Positions 47,558 through 57,640 are shown, counted from the first letter of the stretch. The stretch is 64,000 bases of DNA from Patescibacteria group bacterium (GCA_041660005.1 JBAZXG010000001.1:71689-135688); one strand, 5' to 3'. The notes: generated from the letters alone by a model not told the origin. Numbers and translations: made by a program.

Positions 47558-48064
47558 TTGACAACAGCCGCACAAATAGAAAAAGGAAGGGAGCAGATTC
47601 GTTTTGACAACTTCAGTGCCCTAAGGGACAAGGTCGGTGGATCGTTTACACCATGGGGCGACGGAATCAGAGTCACTGAGACAATGATCCAAGCATTCGT
47701 GGCGGTAAGCGGTGAGGACCACTGGATTCACACCAATAGGGAACGTTCACGGAGCGAGGGACCGTTCGGCGACATCATTGCGCCAACCTCACTCATCGTC
47801 TCCGCGGCATACCGGTCAGGGTTCGATCCCGGCTTCGATATCACCAATGCGACCGTTCAGCGAACCATTCACGGCACGTTCAGTGTGCTCGGCGTAGTAC
47901 CGGTAGACACCACCATCCACTCCCGAAGCCGATTTCTTGCCGTAGCCAATCTCGACGCTTTCGGAACCAGATTGACGTTTGAGTTCCAGGTGAGAAGGGA
48001 GGGGCACTCCCATCTCGTACTTTCGGGAGAGATTTCCGTCCTGTACAATGCGCCGGCCAAATGA
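47558..48064 (+). CDS. MaoC-like (hotdog-fold) dehydratase
   Basis: AFVAVSGEDHWIHTNRERSRSEGPFGDIIAPTSL matches the MaoC dehydratase motif. AAGGAG RBS with TTG start. Confidence 0.55.
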   Translation: MTTAAQIEKGREQIRFDNFSALRDKVGGSFTPWGDGIRVTETMIQAFVAVSGEDHWIHTNRERSRSEGPFGDIIAPTSLIVSAAYRSGFDPGFDITNATVQRTIHGTFSVLGVVPVDTTIHSRSRFLAVANLDAFGTRLTFEFQVRREGHSHLVLSGEISVLYNAPAK

Positions 48065-48140
48065 CCGACGCCGCCTACCAACCGCAACCAACTGTCCGAG
48101 AAGGAGTAGTTTATCCCCACTGCTCCTTCAACCCCCTTGT

Positions 48141-48162
48141 TTCCATGTACTAGTACATGTGC
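48141..48162. promoter_or_regulatory. Palindrome site 5 (TTCCATGTACTAGTACATGtgc, right end degenerate)
   Basis: Read directly. Followed by a CCCCGCCCCAGAGGGGACGGGG hairpin. Confidence 0.6.
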
Positions 48163-48204
48163 TTGCCTCAGAATACATTACCCCGCCCCAGAGGGGACGG
48201 GGTA

Positions 48205-48430
48205 TGTAATGGTGATCCCACTTCGCTAACCTCCTTCGCCTAGGCTACGGACGGTCAAGAACCTCCTTCGCTCCCACTTCGTATCAAACTACGGCGTGAC
48301 ACAGCAATGCTACGGCCGGTCAAGGACCTCCTTCACCTAGGGCTACGGCGGGTCAAGGAGCTACGAGGGATATTTTTGTCTTCTGCAACGGTAACCTCGC
48401 GGCAAGCCGACGAGGTATTGGGGACAAAAA
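48205..48430 (+). repeat. Expanded copy of the valS-upstream element, with three internal tandem copies of a ~30-bp motif (CTACGGNCGGTCAAGRANCTMC)
   Basis: GGTGATCCCACTTCGCTAACC... then three CTACGG-CGGTCAAG units, then the identical 32-nt core GGTAACCTCGCGGCAAGCCGACGAGGTATTGG. Confidence 0.65.
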
Positions 48431-48575
48431 TAAAAAACCAAAACTACTAACAAGCAAGCCCACCTTAGTAATTATTTGCAAACGAGGAACGAGGGCGCGA
48501 TGTAGTGTCGCGCCCTCGTTGTTGTTTGTCATACGGCGGTCTTGTTTGAAAAAGACCGAAACCGCAAACAAGAAA

Positions 48576-49415
48576 TTAAAAGCCGACGTAGGAAAGCCCT
48601 CCCGAGGTTCCCCCACTAGCTGTGGCCGCATCGACTGTGTCGATGACAAGGCCACGCGACTCTTCACGTACCAGCAGCGGGTCAGCACCCTCCAGCTGGT
48701 ACCCCGGCAATGTGTAGCCGGGTGTCTTGAAGTCCCGGAAGAGTGTCGCCGCATGCGTCAACATGGCGAAGATCGCATCCGGTCCCGAGAGCACGAAGCC
48801 CTCCGACAGCGTTGCCATCTGCTCACGTTGCGCGAGCACTGAATACCCTCTCAGGGCTTCCGGGAAGTACAGGCCGAAGACTGGCCCACACGTAAGCCGC
48901 TCGAACAACAGCTCGAGTCGACTTTCAGGCGCGAGAGAGACTTGGGACCCCAGCATGGGAAAGTACCGATACACTGACCGGCTTGGAAACCGCAAGGAGT
49001 ACGCATGGGCGACCCCCTGGAACATCGTTTCCATCCACTCACCGTGATCTCGAAGCTGCACCTGTGGGATGGCCCATGGAAGACAGACTCCGTTCAGAAT
49101 CCCCGCGGTCGCCCGCTGTTTTCCTAGCTCGAGTCGTAGAGCCGTGCAGTGATCACCCGTTTCGGCCGGGAGGGGCATCTCAACGTATCCCCTGAAAGCC
49201 TCGGTCGCTGTCCGCCATCCCCCGAAAGCGTCGCTCGCTGTCCGGTACAAAGCCGGATAAAAAATGCTCGACGGGGTCAGCTGAAGTCGACGGTCAGCGG
49301 GTTCCGCTTTACCCTGCATCCCAGGAGGCGGGATACGCACACCGGACTCGTCGAAGTCCCCACCCAGATAAACGCTCTTGAGCGGCATCTCTGTCGCGAA
49401 ATAATGTCGTCGCAT
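48576..49415 (-). CDS. Hypothetical protein (high-GC island 4)
   Basis: About 60% GC, 279 aa. GC-rich hairpins downstream at 48489-48521. Confidence 0.45.
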   Translation of the reverse strand: MRRHYFATEMPLKSVYLGGDFDESGVRIPPPGMQGKAEPADRRLQLTPSSIFYPALYRTASDAFGGWRTATEAFRGYVEMPLPAETGDHCTALRLELGKQRATAGILNGVCLPWAIPQVQLRDHGEWMETMFQGVAHAYSLRFPSRSVYRYFPMLGSQVSLAPESRLELLFERLTCGPVFGLYFPEALRGYSVLAQREQMATLSEGFVLSGPDAIFAMLTHAATLFRDFKTPGYTLPGYQLEGADPLLVREESRGLVIDTVDAATASGGTSGGLSYVGF

Positions 49416-49529
49416 GACTTTTCACTCCCCTGCTACCTATGCAATTGTTAGAGACCAAAAGATACTTATAGCTAACACTTATAATTCCCGGAAGTCAAAC
49501 AAGAAACGAGACCCCTCTCGTGAAGGTTA

Positions 49530-50318
49530 TTATGCCAATTTTGCCAAAAGCCCACGCGCTCGAGTGATTTCAAAAATGATCTTAAAAAACACTATAGACA
49601 ACGTTAAATAGCCAACCGACAACAATAATCCCCACCAAAAATGTTCCATTGAAAATCCTCCACCCGCCAAGAGTTGGCGCATAGCTTCAAAGACGTGCGT
49701 CGTCGGGAAAAACCAGGCAACACGCTGTAACCACATTGGCAAGGTGCTGAGTGGATACATGACGCAGGAAAGTGGCTGGAGTACGCCTGCGAAACTCCAA
49801 GCCACGGTCTGCACACGCGTGGTGTAGCGAAAAATAAACCCAGTAATCAAAAACCCAATAGACAAACTGAATACAAAAAGAATCAACACGAACGGCAAAA
49901 AGTACACTGACAACGAAAAAACATTGAAGTGATAGAGTAGTCCGGCTATTGTTGCAGCAACAAAAAAGCCAAACGCGGTTTTAAGAAGGTTCACCAAGAG
50001 AAGCCCGCTAATGTACTCCCAAATGGTGAGCGGCGTCGAAAAAAGATTGATTAAATTTCTGGACCAAAGCTCTTCCAAAAAACCCATAGCGAGATCGCGC
50101 TGGAACGAATAGAAAACGCCCCAGAGAATAATGGCACCCAGCAAAAAATTAACAAAGGTAAACCCTTGCTCCAGGCGATCGCTCAAATAAACAGTAAAGA
50201 GCCCCCAGATGAGCACATCAAGAATCGGCCAAAAGAAACTATCATTAACGCGATCAAGGTTGCGGCGCATGTCGTAAAGGTGGCGGCGAACAACGGCTAA
50301 TATACGGTGAAGTTTCAT
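49530..50318 (-). CDS. ABC-2 type transporter permease
   Basis: Six TM segments with ABC-2 architecture. Overlaps the ATPase gene. Confidence 0.75.
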   Translation of the reverse strand: MKLHRILAVVRRHLYDMRRNLDRVNDSFFWPILDVLIWGLFTVYLSDRLEQGFTFVNFLLGAIILWGVFYSFQRDLAMGFLEELWSRNLINLFSTPLTIWEYISGLLLVNLLKTAFGFFVAATIAGLLYHFNVFSLSVYFLPFVLILFVFSLSIGFLITGFIFRYTTRVQTVAWSFAGVLQPLSCVMYPLSTLPMWLQRVAWFFPTTHVFEAMRQLLAGGGFSMEHFWWGLLLSVGYLTLSIVFFKIIFEITRARGLLAKLA

Positions 50319-51088
50319 ACGTTTGGTTGGCGCATCATGTGGAAAAAAACCTCTTCCAATGCCGGCTCTTCTCGCTCTTCTTTAAGGATTGCTCGCGTAA
50401 TATCAACCGGAGAACCTTCAGCCACAATGCGGCCATGGTTTAAGAAGATGACGCGTGGACACATCTTCTCAACCTCTGCCATATTGTGCGATGTGTAGAG
50501 AATACTCACTCCCTCTTCTCGCTGCGCTGTCAGCAACACCTCGCGCACTTCGTGGGCAATTTGCGGATCGAGTGACGCCGTGGCTTCGTCTAAGAGCAGC
50601 AGCTTTGGACTATTCAAAAATGCCTTACATAAACCAACCCGAGTAACTTGCCCGGAAGACAATTGCGCTACTGCTTGCTTTTTTAAGTCTTCTATTTGAA
50701 ATAGTTTGAGCAGATAATCAATGCGCTCGGTTGGTCGCTCCACGCCAAAGAGGTGGGCAAAAACTTTGAGATTTTCAAGCACCGTCAACCGATACGGAAG
50801 AGAAACATACGGCGAAGAAAAGCCAACATCTTGAAGCGCGGCTGAGCGCTCCGTCTTGAGGGGTCGTCCGAGAATGATAATAGCACCACTCGTCGGAGTA
50901 ACAAGATCGAGAATAAGATGGAGCGTAGTTGTTTTTCCGGCGCCGTTCGGCCCAAGAAAACCAAGAATTTCTCCTTCGGCAACTGAGAAAGAAATATCGT
51001 CAACAGCGCGAAACGCGCCGAATGTTTTTACAAGATGTTCAACTTCTAAAACCATACAAACGCTAAACCTCAAGCGCCACAACCACAA
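50315..51088 (-). CDS. ABC transporter ATP-binding protein
   Basis: Walker A GPNGAGKTT, LSSGQ signature, Walker B LLLDEAT. Confidence 0.88.
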   Translation of the reverse strand: MWLWRLRFSVCMVLEVEHLVKTFGAFRAVDDISFSVAEGEILGFLGPNGAGKTTTLHLILDLVTPTSGAIIILGRPLKTERSAALQDVGFSSPYVSLPYRLTVLENLKVFAHLFGVERPTERIDYLLKLFQIEDLKKQAVAQLSSGQVTRVGLCKAFLNSPKLLLLDEATASLDPQIAHEVREVLLTAQREEGVSILYTSHNMAEVEKMCPRVIFLNHGRIVAEGSPVDITRAILKEEREEPALEEVFFHMMRQPNV

Positions 51089-51431
51089 CCGAACCTTTCC
51101 TTCGATTATCTATAGGGGAACGATAATCCTTAACAATCCCCTCTCTTTTCGCTTCGGCAAGAAATTGAAGCACAACCTTTTCTAATACACCGGTACCTTT
51201 ACCATGCACAATGCGTACCGCTGAGGTTCCTATGGCGCATTCATGTTGAAGAAAAGTTTGAAGCTCACGGCGAGCATCCTCTGCTCTGACACCATGTAAA
51301 TCTAAGAAGGGTACATCACTACTAACCTCGGCGGCGAGCAAGGCAATTTCAACCGGATCAACGGCTTTCTCTTGCTCTAGGGGTGCAGCTTCTTCTCTGC
51401 TCGGCTGTCTTGTTTTCCAAGGTTTAGGCAT
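51063..51431 (-). CDS. Smr-domain protein
   Basis: LDLHGVRAEDARRELQTFL...IVHGKGTGVLEKVVLQFL is typical of Smr. Confidence 0.65.
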   Translation of the reverse strand: MPKPWKTRQPSREEAAPLEQEKAVDPVEIALLAAEVSSDVPFLDLHGVRAEDARRELQTFLQHECAIGTSAVRIVHGKGTGVLEKVVLQFLAEAKREGIVKDYRSPIDNRRKGSVVVVALEV

Positions 51432-51522
51432 GTAATCGTTTTAATGATAGTTAGAGTAAACTGCTTCTTAGAAAAAAGACAGCCCCGCTATGGGGCTGTC
51501 TTTTTTTAACCGACAATGTAAC

Positions 51523-52074
51523 CTAAAGTCCAAACAAGTTATAAACGAAAGCAATGACTGGATCTGCGGTTGGACCATATACCATGCTGCCACCCAAAGC
51601 TCCGGTAATCGTTACCGCGATGAGACCAGCTAATGACAGCGGCACCATCCACAGACCTCGACTTACTCTAGTAGCAAAAGCGGCAACTTTGCGAAGTATC
51701 TCGGAAGCAGTTTGGTAGCGACCACGTAAGCGTTCAAGGAAAGCAGCGAGATACCCATGCTCTTGCAGGAGCGTCAACAAATAAAGTACCGCAATAATTC
51801 CGTAAATCCACGCCGTAACGTTCGCCCAGGTGGAATGAAGAACAATAACACGACGCAACGCGGCGCCACCGCTGAATGCTTCCGCTGCTTCTTCACCTGA
51901 CTCTAGGGCAACAAACGTAGCAAGACTTCCCAGAATGACCAGCACCGCTTTCGTCCCGTGCCAAAATGGAAGCGCTGTTAAGTGACGCCAGCGCACGAGC
52001 TCCATAACGCTGTATACCGTAAGGAGTGCGATGGGAAAATGGACAACAAGCGGGTGGAAGAAAATGCTGCTCAT
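51523..52074 (-). CDS. Hypothetical polytopic membrane protein (DUF2231-like?)
   Basis: Four to five TM helices. Weak family guess. Confidence 0.4.
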   Translation of the reverse strand: MSSIFFHPLVVHFPIALLTVYSVMELVRWRHLTALPFWHGTKAVLVILGSLATFVALESGEEAAEAFSGGAALRRVIVLHSTWANVTAWIYGIIAVLYLLTLLQEHGYLAAFLERLRGRYQTASEILRKVAAFATRVSRGLWMVPLSLAGLIAVTITGALGGSMVYGPTADPVIAFVYNLFGL

Positions 52075-52091
52075 GAAGTTGCGAATAATAA

Positions 52092-52667
52092 TTATTCAAC
52101 AATTAACTTGCCAACCATCCCCATGGCTCGGTGGTTGCCAACCGAACAGTAGAAGTCAAACGTACCGGTCTTATCAGCGACAAACTGTACTTCTGCTGTC
52201 TGTCCGTCTGAGACGCGATCAGTTTTAGCATTAAATGCGTCAACAACAAAATCATGGAACCCGTTCACTGAGTTCATGACTACTTTTACGGTGTCCCCTT
52301 TCTTGACTCTTATCTCAGACGGCGAGAAAGAGAAGTTCTTTGCCGTTAAATTAAACGTCTTAACACTTGCCGCGTCCCCTCTCGCTGTTGCAGTGTCGCC
52401 AGCTTGTGTATTTGTGTTTTGTGCGTTGGTATCCTCTACGTTTCCAAGTGAACCACCGGTCGAGTTATCTGCACCTGGCGTATAGTCTTTGTTGGTGTCG
52501 CCATTAACAACGGCCATACCGCGCGGTTCGCCACCATTGATGCTGTCCGTCCCCGCTTCACTCGTTGTAGCCGAAGGGTGCTGCACTCCTTGATAGTACG
52601 CGTACCCTACACCAGTCAACACAACGACCCCAAGAATAATTAAGATACTTTTCATCGAACTACTCAT
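52092..52667 (-). CDS. Cupredoxin-domain (type-1 copper, plastocyanin-like) membrane-anchored protein
   Basis: N-terminal TM segment, a low-complexity linker, then a C-terminal FDFYCSVGNHRAMGMVGKLIV Cys-His-Met copper site. Confidence 0.65.
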   Translation of the reverse strand: MSSSMKSILIILGVVVLTGVGYAYYQGVQHPSATTSEAGTDSINGGEPRGMAVVNGDTNKDYTPGADNSTGGSLGNVEDTNAQNTNTQAGDTATARGDAASVKTFNLTAKNFSFSPSEIRVKKGDTVKVVMNSVNGFHDFVVDAFNAKTDRVSDGQTAEVQFVADKTGTFDFYCSVGNHRAMGMVGKLIVE

Positions 52668-52690
52668 AAATAATATAGAGAAGTAATAAA

Positions 52691-53137
52691 TTAGCGAGCT
52701 TGAGGTGAACTACTATTCATTGATCGTATCTGAATATTCTGCGCTGTCAAGGAGCCATCACTGTTGGTTGTGCCATTTATACCCAGCTGACCACCAACCA
52801 CAATATCGTCCGGTGTTCCTGCCGCAGCCTTATTGATGGAAGTACTTGAAGAGTAGAGAACGATTTTTGAACTGCCGTCCTGAAGTTTCAGTGTTATGCT
52901 TTTGTCATCTTTACTCAACACTTGACCGCTGGTGAGCCCACTATTGGGAGCGCCCGCACCGGCAAACTGACCTTGTCCTCTCATGCCGATTCCTCCTCCT
53001 GGTAGTTCTCCAAAAGCCCCAACACCGCGTACCAATACCTTGCTCTTTTGGTATCGCATACCTCCATAAAACGATACTCCACCGACCAAAACTACGATAA
53101 AACTAACAACGAGTATATTTTTCTGATTCATAACCAT
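52691..53137 (-). CDS. Hypothetical secreted/membrane-anchored protein
   Basis: N-terminal TM segment, then a beta-rich domain. No family recognised. Confidence 0.4.
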   Translation of the reverse strand: MVMNQKNILVVSFIVVLVGGVSFYGGMRYQKSKVLVRGVGAFGELPGGGIGMRGQGQFAGAGAPNSGLTSGQVLSKDDKSITLKLQDGSSKIVLYSSSTSINKAAAGTPDDIVVGGQLGINGTTNSDGSLTAQNIQIRSMNSSSPQAR

Positions 53138-53149
53138 CTCATAAATAAA

Positions 53150-54376
53150 TTATTCGTAACGTAATGCTTCGATTGGACTAAGTTTTGACGCACGACGGGC
53201 AGGATAATAACCGAAGACAATGCCAATCCCTGCAGACACCCCAACAGCCAAGACAACCGAGCTCAGTGAAATTGATGTGGCGATGCCCATAAATTTTGTG
53301 ACGCCACTCGCAAGGAGCCATCCAAGACCAATGCCGAGTACCCCGCCGATGAGGGTCAACATGATTGCCTCGACAAGAAACTGCGTATTAATGTCAGTAC
53401 GATATGCGCCTATAGCTTTTCTGAGACCAATCTCTCTTGTACGCTCGGTCACGGTAGTCAGCATCATATTCATAATGCCAATACCACCGACCAACAAAGA
53501 AATACCAGCGATAGAAGACAAGAGAATAGTAAAAATAGAAGTTACGCTTGACGCCGTCGCCACGATATCTGATTGGTTAAGCGCCTGGAAATCAGCCAAT
53601 GTTGGGTCAGTGATATGATGACGAGCAAGTAGCAACTGGGTAACCTCCTGCTGCAAAGCAGTCATTGACTCCGGATCTGTCGCTTCTACGCTAATCGTTG
53701 TCACATATAAGTTGTTTGCTAAGTAACGCTGCGCTGTCGTTAGCGGCACATAAATAGCATCATCTGGATTATTGAACCCGGTTCCACCTTTCGCTTGGGT
53801 CACACCAGAAATAATAAAATCGATTTTATTAATACGTATATGTTCCCCAAGCGGGCTACTTCCCTCACCAAAAAGATCGCTCGCTGCTGTCGGTCCAAGT
53901 ACTGCAACTTTTGAGGCGCTACGCACTTGCTGCTCGCTAATAAACGATCCGCTAGCGGTTGCAACGTTGCGGACACTTTGGTAGGCGGGCACGGTGCCAA
54001 TTACCGACGTGTTGGTATTTGTTCCTTTGGCGGTTACCTGAAAGCGCTTTGTGTTTTCAGGCGCTACAGCTTTCGCCAGCGTTATTTCGCTCGCGATAGC
54101 ATCGGCATCGGCTTGTGTTAGCGTCTCGGCGTTTCCTCTACCGCTACTGACCTGCGTACCAACACCTCGAGAGGCGCCTGGTGTCACTAAAATTAAATTT
54201 GAACCAATAGACTGAATACTCGACTGAATGGAGCCCTGTGCCCCCTGACCAATGGCGACCATGGCAATAACTGAACCGATTCCTATGACAATACCGAGAA
54301 TAGTTAAACTAGACCGAACTTTGTTTACGGTAATGGCCGCGTACGTTTCTTCAAGTGTGTCGCTGAAGCGCATCAT
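53150..54376 (-). CDS. MacB-like ABC transporter permease (FtsX family)
   Basis: N-terminal TM segment, a large periplasmic domain, and a C-terminal FtsX 3-TM bundle. Confidence 0.85.
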   Translation of the reverse strand: MMRFSDTLEETYAAITVNKVRSSLTILGIVIGIGSVIAMVAIGQGAQGSIQSSIQSIGSNLILVTPGASRGVGTQVSSGRGNAETLTQADADAIASEITLAKAVAPENTKRFQVTAKGTNTNTSVIGTVPAYQSVRNVATASGSFISEQQVRSASKVAVLGPTAASDLFGEGSSPLGEHIRINKIDFIISGVTQAKGGTGFNNPDDAIYVPLTTAQRYLANNLYVTTISVEATDPESMTALQQEVTQLLLARHHITDPTLADFQALNQSDIVATASSVTSIFTILLSSIAGISLLVGGIGIMNMMLTTVTERTREIGLRKAIGAYRTDINTQFLVEAIMLTLIGGVLGIGLGWLLASGVTKFMGIATSISLSSVVLAVGVSAGIGIVFGYYPARRASKLSPIEALRYE

Positions 54377-54382
54377 ATAATT

Positions 54383-55060
54383 TTATCGTCGATCCTCTTT
54401 AACAATAAGCCCATCGCGAATATGAATAACCCGATTAGCATGCTCTGCAACATCAGGTTCGTGAGTAATTAAAATAATTGTCTTTCCTTGTTGATTCAAC
54501 GTCTGAAACGTAGCGAGTACAATATTGCCGGTCTGCGTATCAAGATTGCCAGTCGGCTCATCCGCCAAAATAATAGACGGATTATTCACGAGGGCTCTCG
54601 CAATGGCAACGCGCTGCATCTGTCCACCAGAGAGCTGGTTGGATAAATGATTGAAGCGTTCTTCCTCCATACCAACGGCAAGAAGTGAACGGCGCGCTAC
54701 TGCCTCTCGTTCATCGCGCCGGACGCCAGCATATGTTAAAGGGAGAGCAACATTTCTGAGTACGGTCGCGCGCGGCAATAAATTAAACGCTTGAAAAACA
54801 AAACCGATTTTCTTATTACGAATATCGGCAAGTTCATTATCGTTCAATGTTGCTACGTCTTGACCGTCGAGTGTATAACTGCCGCTCGTCGGTGTATCGA
54901 GCGCACCTAAAATATGCATGAGGGTCGATTTACCAGAACCAGAGGGACCCATGATGGCAACAAATTCCCCCGCTTCAATATTAAAAGAAACGCTTTTCAA
55001 GACTGATGTTTCCTCGTCACCATTTCGGTAAACCTTTGTCAGATCACGACAAACGATCAT
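54383..55060 (-). CDS. ABC transporter ATP-binding protein (MacB/LolD-type)
   Basis: GPSGSGKST and [15 protein letters not shown] motifs. Confidence 0.9.
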   Translation of the reverse strand: MIVCRDLTKVYRNGDEETSVLKSVSFNIEAGEFVAIMGPSGSGKSTLMHILGALDTPTSGSYTLDGQDVATLNDNELADIRNKKIGFVFQAFNLLPRATVLRNVALPLTYAGVRRDEREAVARRSLLAVGMEEERFNHLSNQLSGGQMQRVAIARALVNNPSIILADEPTGNLDTQTGNIVLATFQTLNQQGKTIILITHEPDVAEHANRVIHIRDGLIVKEDRR

Positions 55061-55069
55061 ACGTAAACG

Positions 55070-56974
55070 CTAGCGACCAACTGCCCCACCGCGAGTACCC
55101 CCACCAGTAACGCCAGGGAGACTTAATCCACCCAAAGCGCTCGACGAAGAAGTTGGCGCCGCAGCCGAAGTAATTGTTTGCGTGACTATCTCGTCTCCTT
55201 CGTTAACACCACTTGCAACTTCCGTCATGGTGTCATTAGAAAGTCCGGTTGTTACTTGAATACGTACTGGCACACCATTTGTCAGTTCCTCAACGTAAAA
55301 CTGGTCTCCTTGCGATTTAATTGCAGAGGAAGGAACGAGGATAACATCCTGCCTGACGTCAGTGATGACTCCTGCGGAAACGCTCATGCCTGATTTCACG
55401 CGATCGTCGTCCGTGTCAAAAGCAATTTTTACATTGTACGAAACCACACCTTGGCTGACCGTACCAATGGTGTCGATTTCAACCACGATACCAGCAATAG
55501 TTAGGCCATCAACAGCATCGAATGTGAGCGTCGCTTTTTGCCCGATTGCAATTTTTGCCGCATCAACTTCGTTCAAAGAAATTTCAGCAATCTGCTGTTT
55601 ACCAACAATGGTAGCGATGACCGCCGAGGGAGATGCTTGACCATGAAGTTGGACATCAACATTAGCCACCGTGCCGTCGAGCGGTGAGCGAATTGTGTAA
55701 TCTGCTAACTTTTCGCGCGCGTCATTCAAGGCATTCCTGCGTTGTGTTACCGAAAGTTCCGAGGCCGCTATGTCTAAGTCGGTAGCGCCAGCTTTGAGGT
55801 TGGTGAGTGACCCTTCTTTTTCCTTTACTGCCTGCTCTGCCGCCACTAGATCTCGCGGGTTGTTGGTATCCATGGTCGACAAATCGCGCGCTGCGCTTTC
55901 GAGTGCTTCTTTGTTATTTTGCAATGATCGCTGGTTCGTCAGCAACGTTGAAAGATGGCTATTGACCTGACTGTTGTACGTCAAAAGACTGCTCCGATAC
56001 GTTGCTACTTTAGTCACCGTTTTGGCGTAATCAGTGGCATTGCGAAGCGTACGCAAATCAACCCAACTGTCGAGTACGGTGGTCTCTCTTTTGGTCGCCT
56101 CGGCAATCAGTTTTGTTGTCTCAACCGTTTCAGTGAGCAGCTTTTCAATATCTGCCCGCGAAGAAAAACGACTGGTGTTTTTATACGTGATTAAATTTGC
56201 GTCGTAGGCAAGGCGAGCGGTACCGTACGCCGCATCAGCGGTATCAAGAAGCGGCTGAAGTTGCAAACGATCATTGTACGTGAGGGTATTGATGAGACTG
56301 CTGCCATTTTGAGTGCCGGCTGATAACGTCGTGTCGGCCGTAGAGATACCTTCGCCACGCATCACATCTTCTAGTCCGCTCATAATGGAAGGAAGATCAA
56401 GAAAGGTGTCCGACACAGCGGTAAATGTGTCTTCGTAACCTTTCATGAGATCATCGCTGGCTTTTTGTTTATCCTGTTGTGTCGTCGTATAGTCGGTTGC
56501 CTGGTTCAGCTTCAATTTGGCTAATGCATCCTCTGCGCTCGTGAGTGAACCCTGGGCTTGCAAAAGAGAGAGCGAATCAGCCGGTTGCTTCAATTTCTGT
56601 AGTGAGAGCATTGCACTTTGCAGATTCACCTCCGCGTCGCGAACCGCTTTTACCGCATCCCCGGCATCGATAGATGCCAACAATGCATTTTGCATCACAA
56701 TGTCCCCGTTTTTAATTTTTAATTGTGTCACTGCGCCAGAAACCAGGGGCTTCACGTCAACCTGGTTAGAGCTTGAGACCTGTCCCGTCCCCGTCACGGA
56801 GACAACCAGGGTTCCCTTACTCGCCGGACTCGTCACATAGCTCGTTGTGGTGGTAGTTGGTTTTAATTTCCCGTAGGCGACGTAAGCACCGCCGAGAATT
56901 ACAAGACCCACGAATGCAGTCCGAAGTTTATGAGCCCTTACGTGCGAAATGAGGGCAGCGACCTTGTGGGGCAT
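55070..56974 (-). CDS. HlyD/MacA-like periplasmic adaptor (membrane fusion protein)
   Basis: N-terminal TM segment, an extended coiled-coil, beta-barrel-like domains, and a Gly-rich tail. Operonic with the ABC pair. Confidence 0.75.
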   Translation of the reverse strand: MPHKVAALISHVRAHKLRTAFVGLVILGGAYVAYGKLKPTTTTTSYVTSPASKGTLVVSVTGTGQVSSSNQVDVKPLVSGAVTQLKIKNGDIVMQNALLASIDAGDAVKAVRDAEVNLQSAMLSLQKLKQPADSLSLLQAQGSLTSAEDALAKLKLNQATDYTTTQQDKQKASDDLMKGYEDTFTAVSDTFLDLPSIMSGLEDVMRGEGISTADTTLSAGTQNGSSLINTLTYNDRLQLQPLLDTADAAYGTARLAYDANLITYKNTSRFSSRADIEKLLTETVETTKLIAEATKRETTVLDSWVDLRTLRNATDYAKTVTKVATYRSSLLTYNSQVNSHLSTLLTNQRSLQNNKEALESAARDLSTMDTNNPRDLVAAEQAVKEKEGSLTNLKAGATDLDIAASELSVTQRRNALNDAREKLADYTIRSPLDGTVANVDVQLHGQASPSAVIATIVGKQQIAEISLNEVDAAKIAIGQKATLTFDAVDGLTIAGIVVEIDTIGTVSQGVVSYNVKIAFDTDDDRVKSGMSVSAGVITDVRQDVILVPSSAIKSQGDQFYVEELTNGVPVRIQVTTGLSNDTMTEVASGVNEGDEIVTQTITSAAAPTSSSSALGGLSLPGVTGGGTRGGAVGR

Positions 56975-57073
56975 AAGCGTGCATTAAGTGAAAACCTAGG
57001 GCCTCCGCTCTGTGCGAACCAGAGCGGAGCGCCTTAAGCTTCCTGCGTGTCGACCGGCACGCGGATGAATAAA

Positions 57074-57538
57074 CTAGAAATGGAAACCGCCGCGGTGAGA
57101 ACCGTGCATGAATCTACCCTTACCGTTTTGCGGCGCCTTTGACGCTTGGTCCTGCATAAACTTTAAGCGCTGATCTGCCTGAGCCTGCGTTATAACTCCC
57201 TTGTCAACAAGCGCTTGTAAACTTGCCTTAGCCCGATCCTGTGCTGCTGTTGCCACACGCTGACGCAGTTGATCAGAAGTAATACCCGCAGCTGTAGCAA
57301 TGTCTTGAAGTGTTTTACCTTCAGCCCAACCCTGCTTGATAACGTCAACGCTCACACCGAGGAGACTTGCTTCTGCTTCAAAACGAGCTGTTTGATTGGT
57401 AGCAAAATCTTGCGGGGATTGAGCGAATGAACCAAAACCAAGGCCACCGAATGAACCATGGGCTGATGCAAGGGTCGCTCCCAAAAAACCAAATCCGAAA
57501 AGTGGTACGAGCGCGTACGCAATATATTTTTTCTTCAT
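57074..57538 (-). CDS. Hypothetical secreted protein
   Basis: Signal peptide MKKKYIAYALVPLFGFGFLGATLASAHG followed by a helical repeat region. Confidence 0.45.
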   Translation of the reverse strand: MKKKYIAYALVPLFGFGFLGATLASAHGSFGGLGFGSFAQSPQDFATNQTARFEAEASLLGVSVDVIKQGWAEGKTLQDIATAAGITSDQLRQRVATAAQDRAKASLQALVDKGVITQAQADQRLKFMQDQASKAPQNGKGRFMHGSHRGGFHF

Positions 57539-57640
57539 AGTTGGTATTTTATTATGATAGTAAATCGAACCTATGCCTGCTTATGCACTAACTACTACCG
57601 CAGTGCGTTGAATTTTCTTTCAAAACTTTAACTAACTGGT

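Noticed and set aside
44980-48162. Island 3 as an insertion that split a single palindrome site
   Set aside because: The two flanking sites are not complementary halves. Site 4 keeps the right half and site 5 keeps the left plus the centre, so a simple target-site split does not fit.
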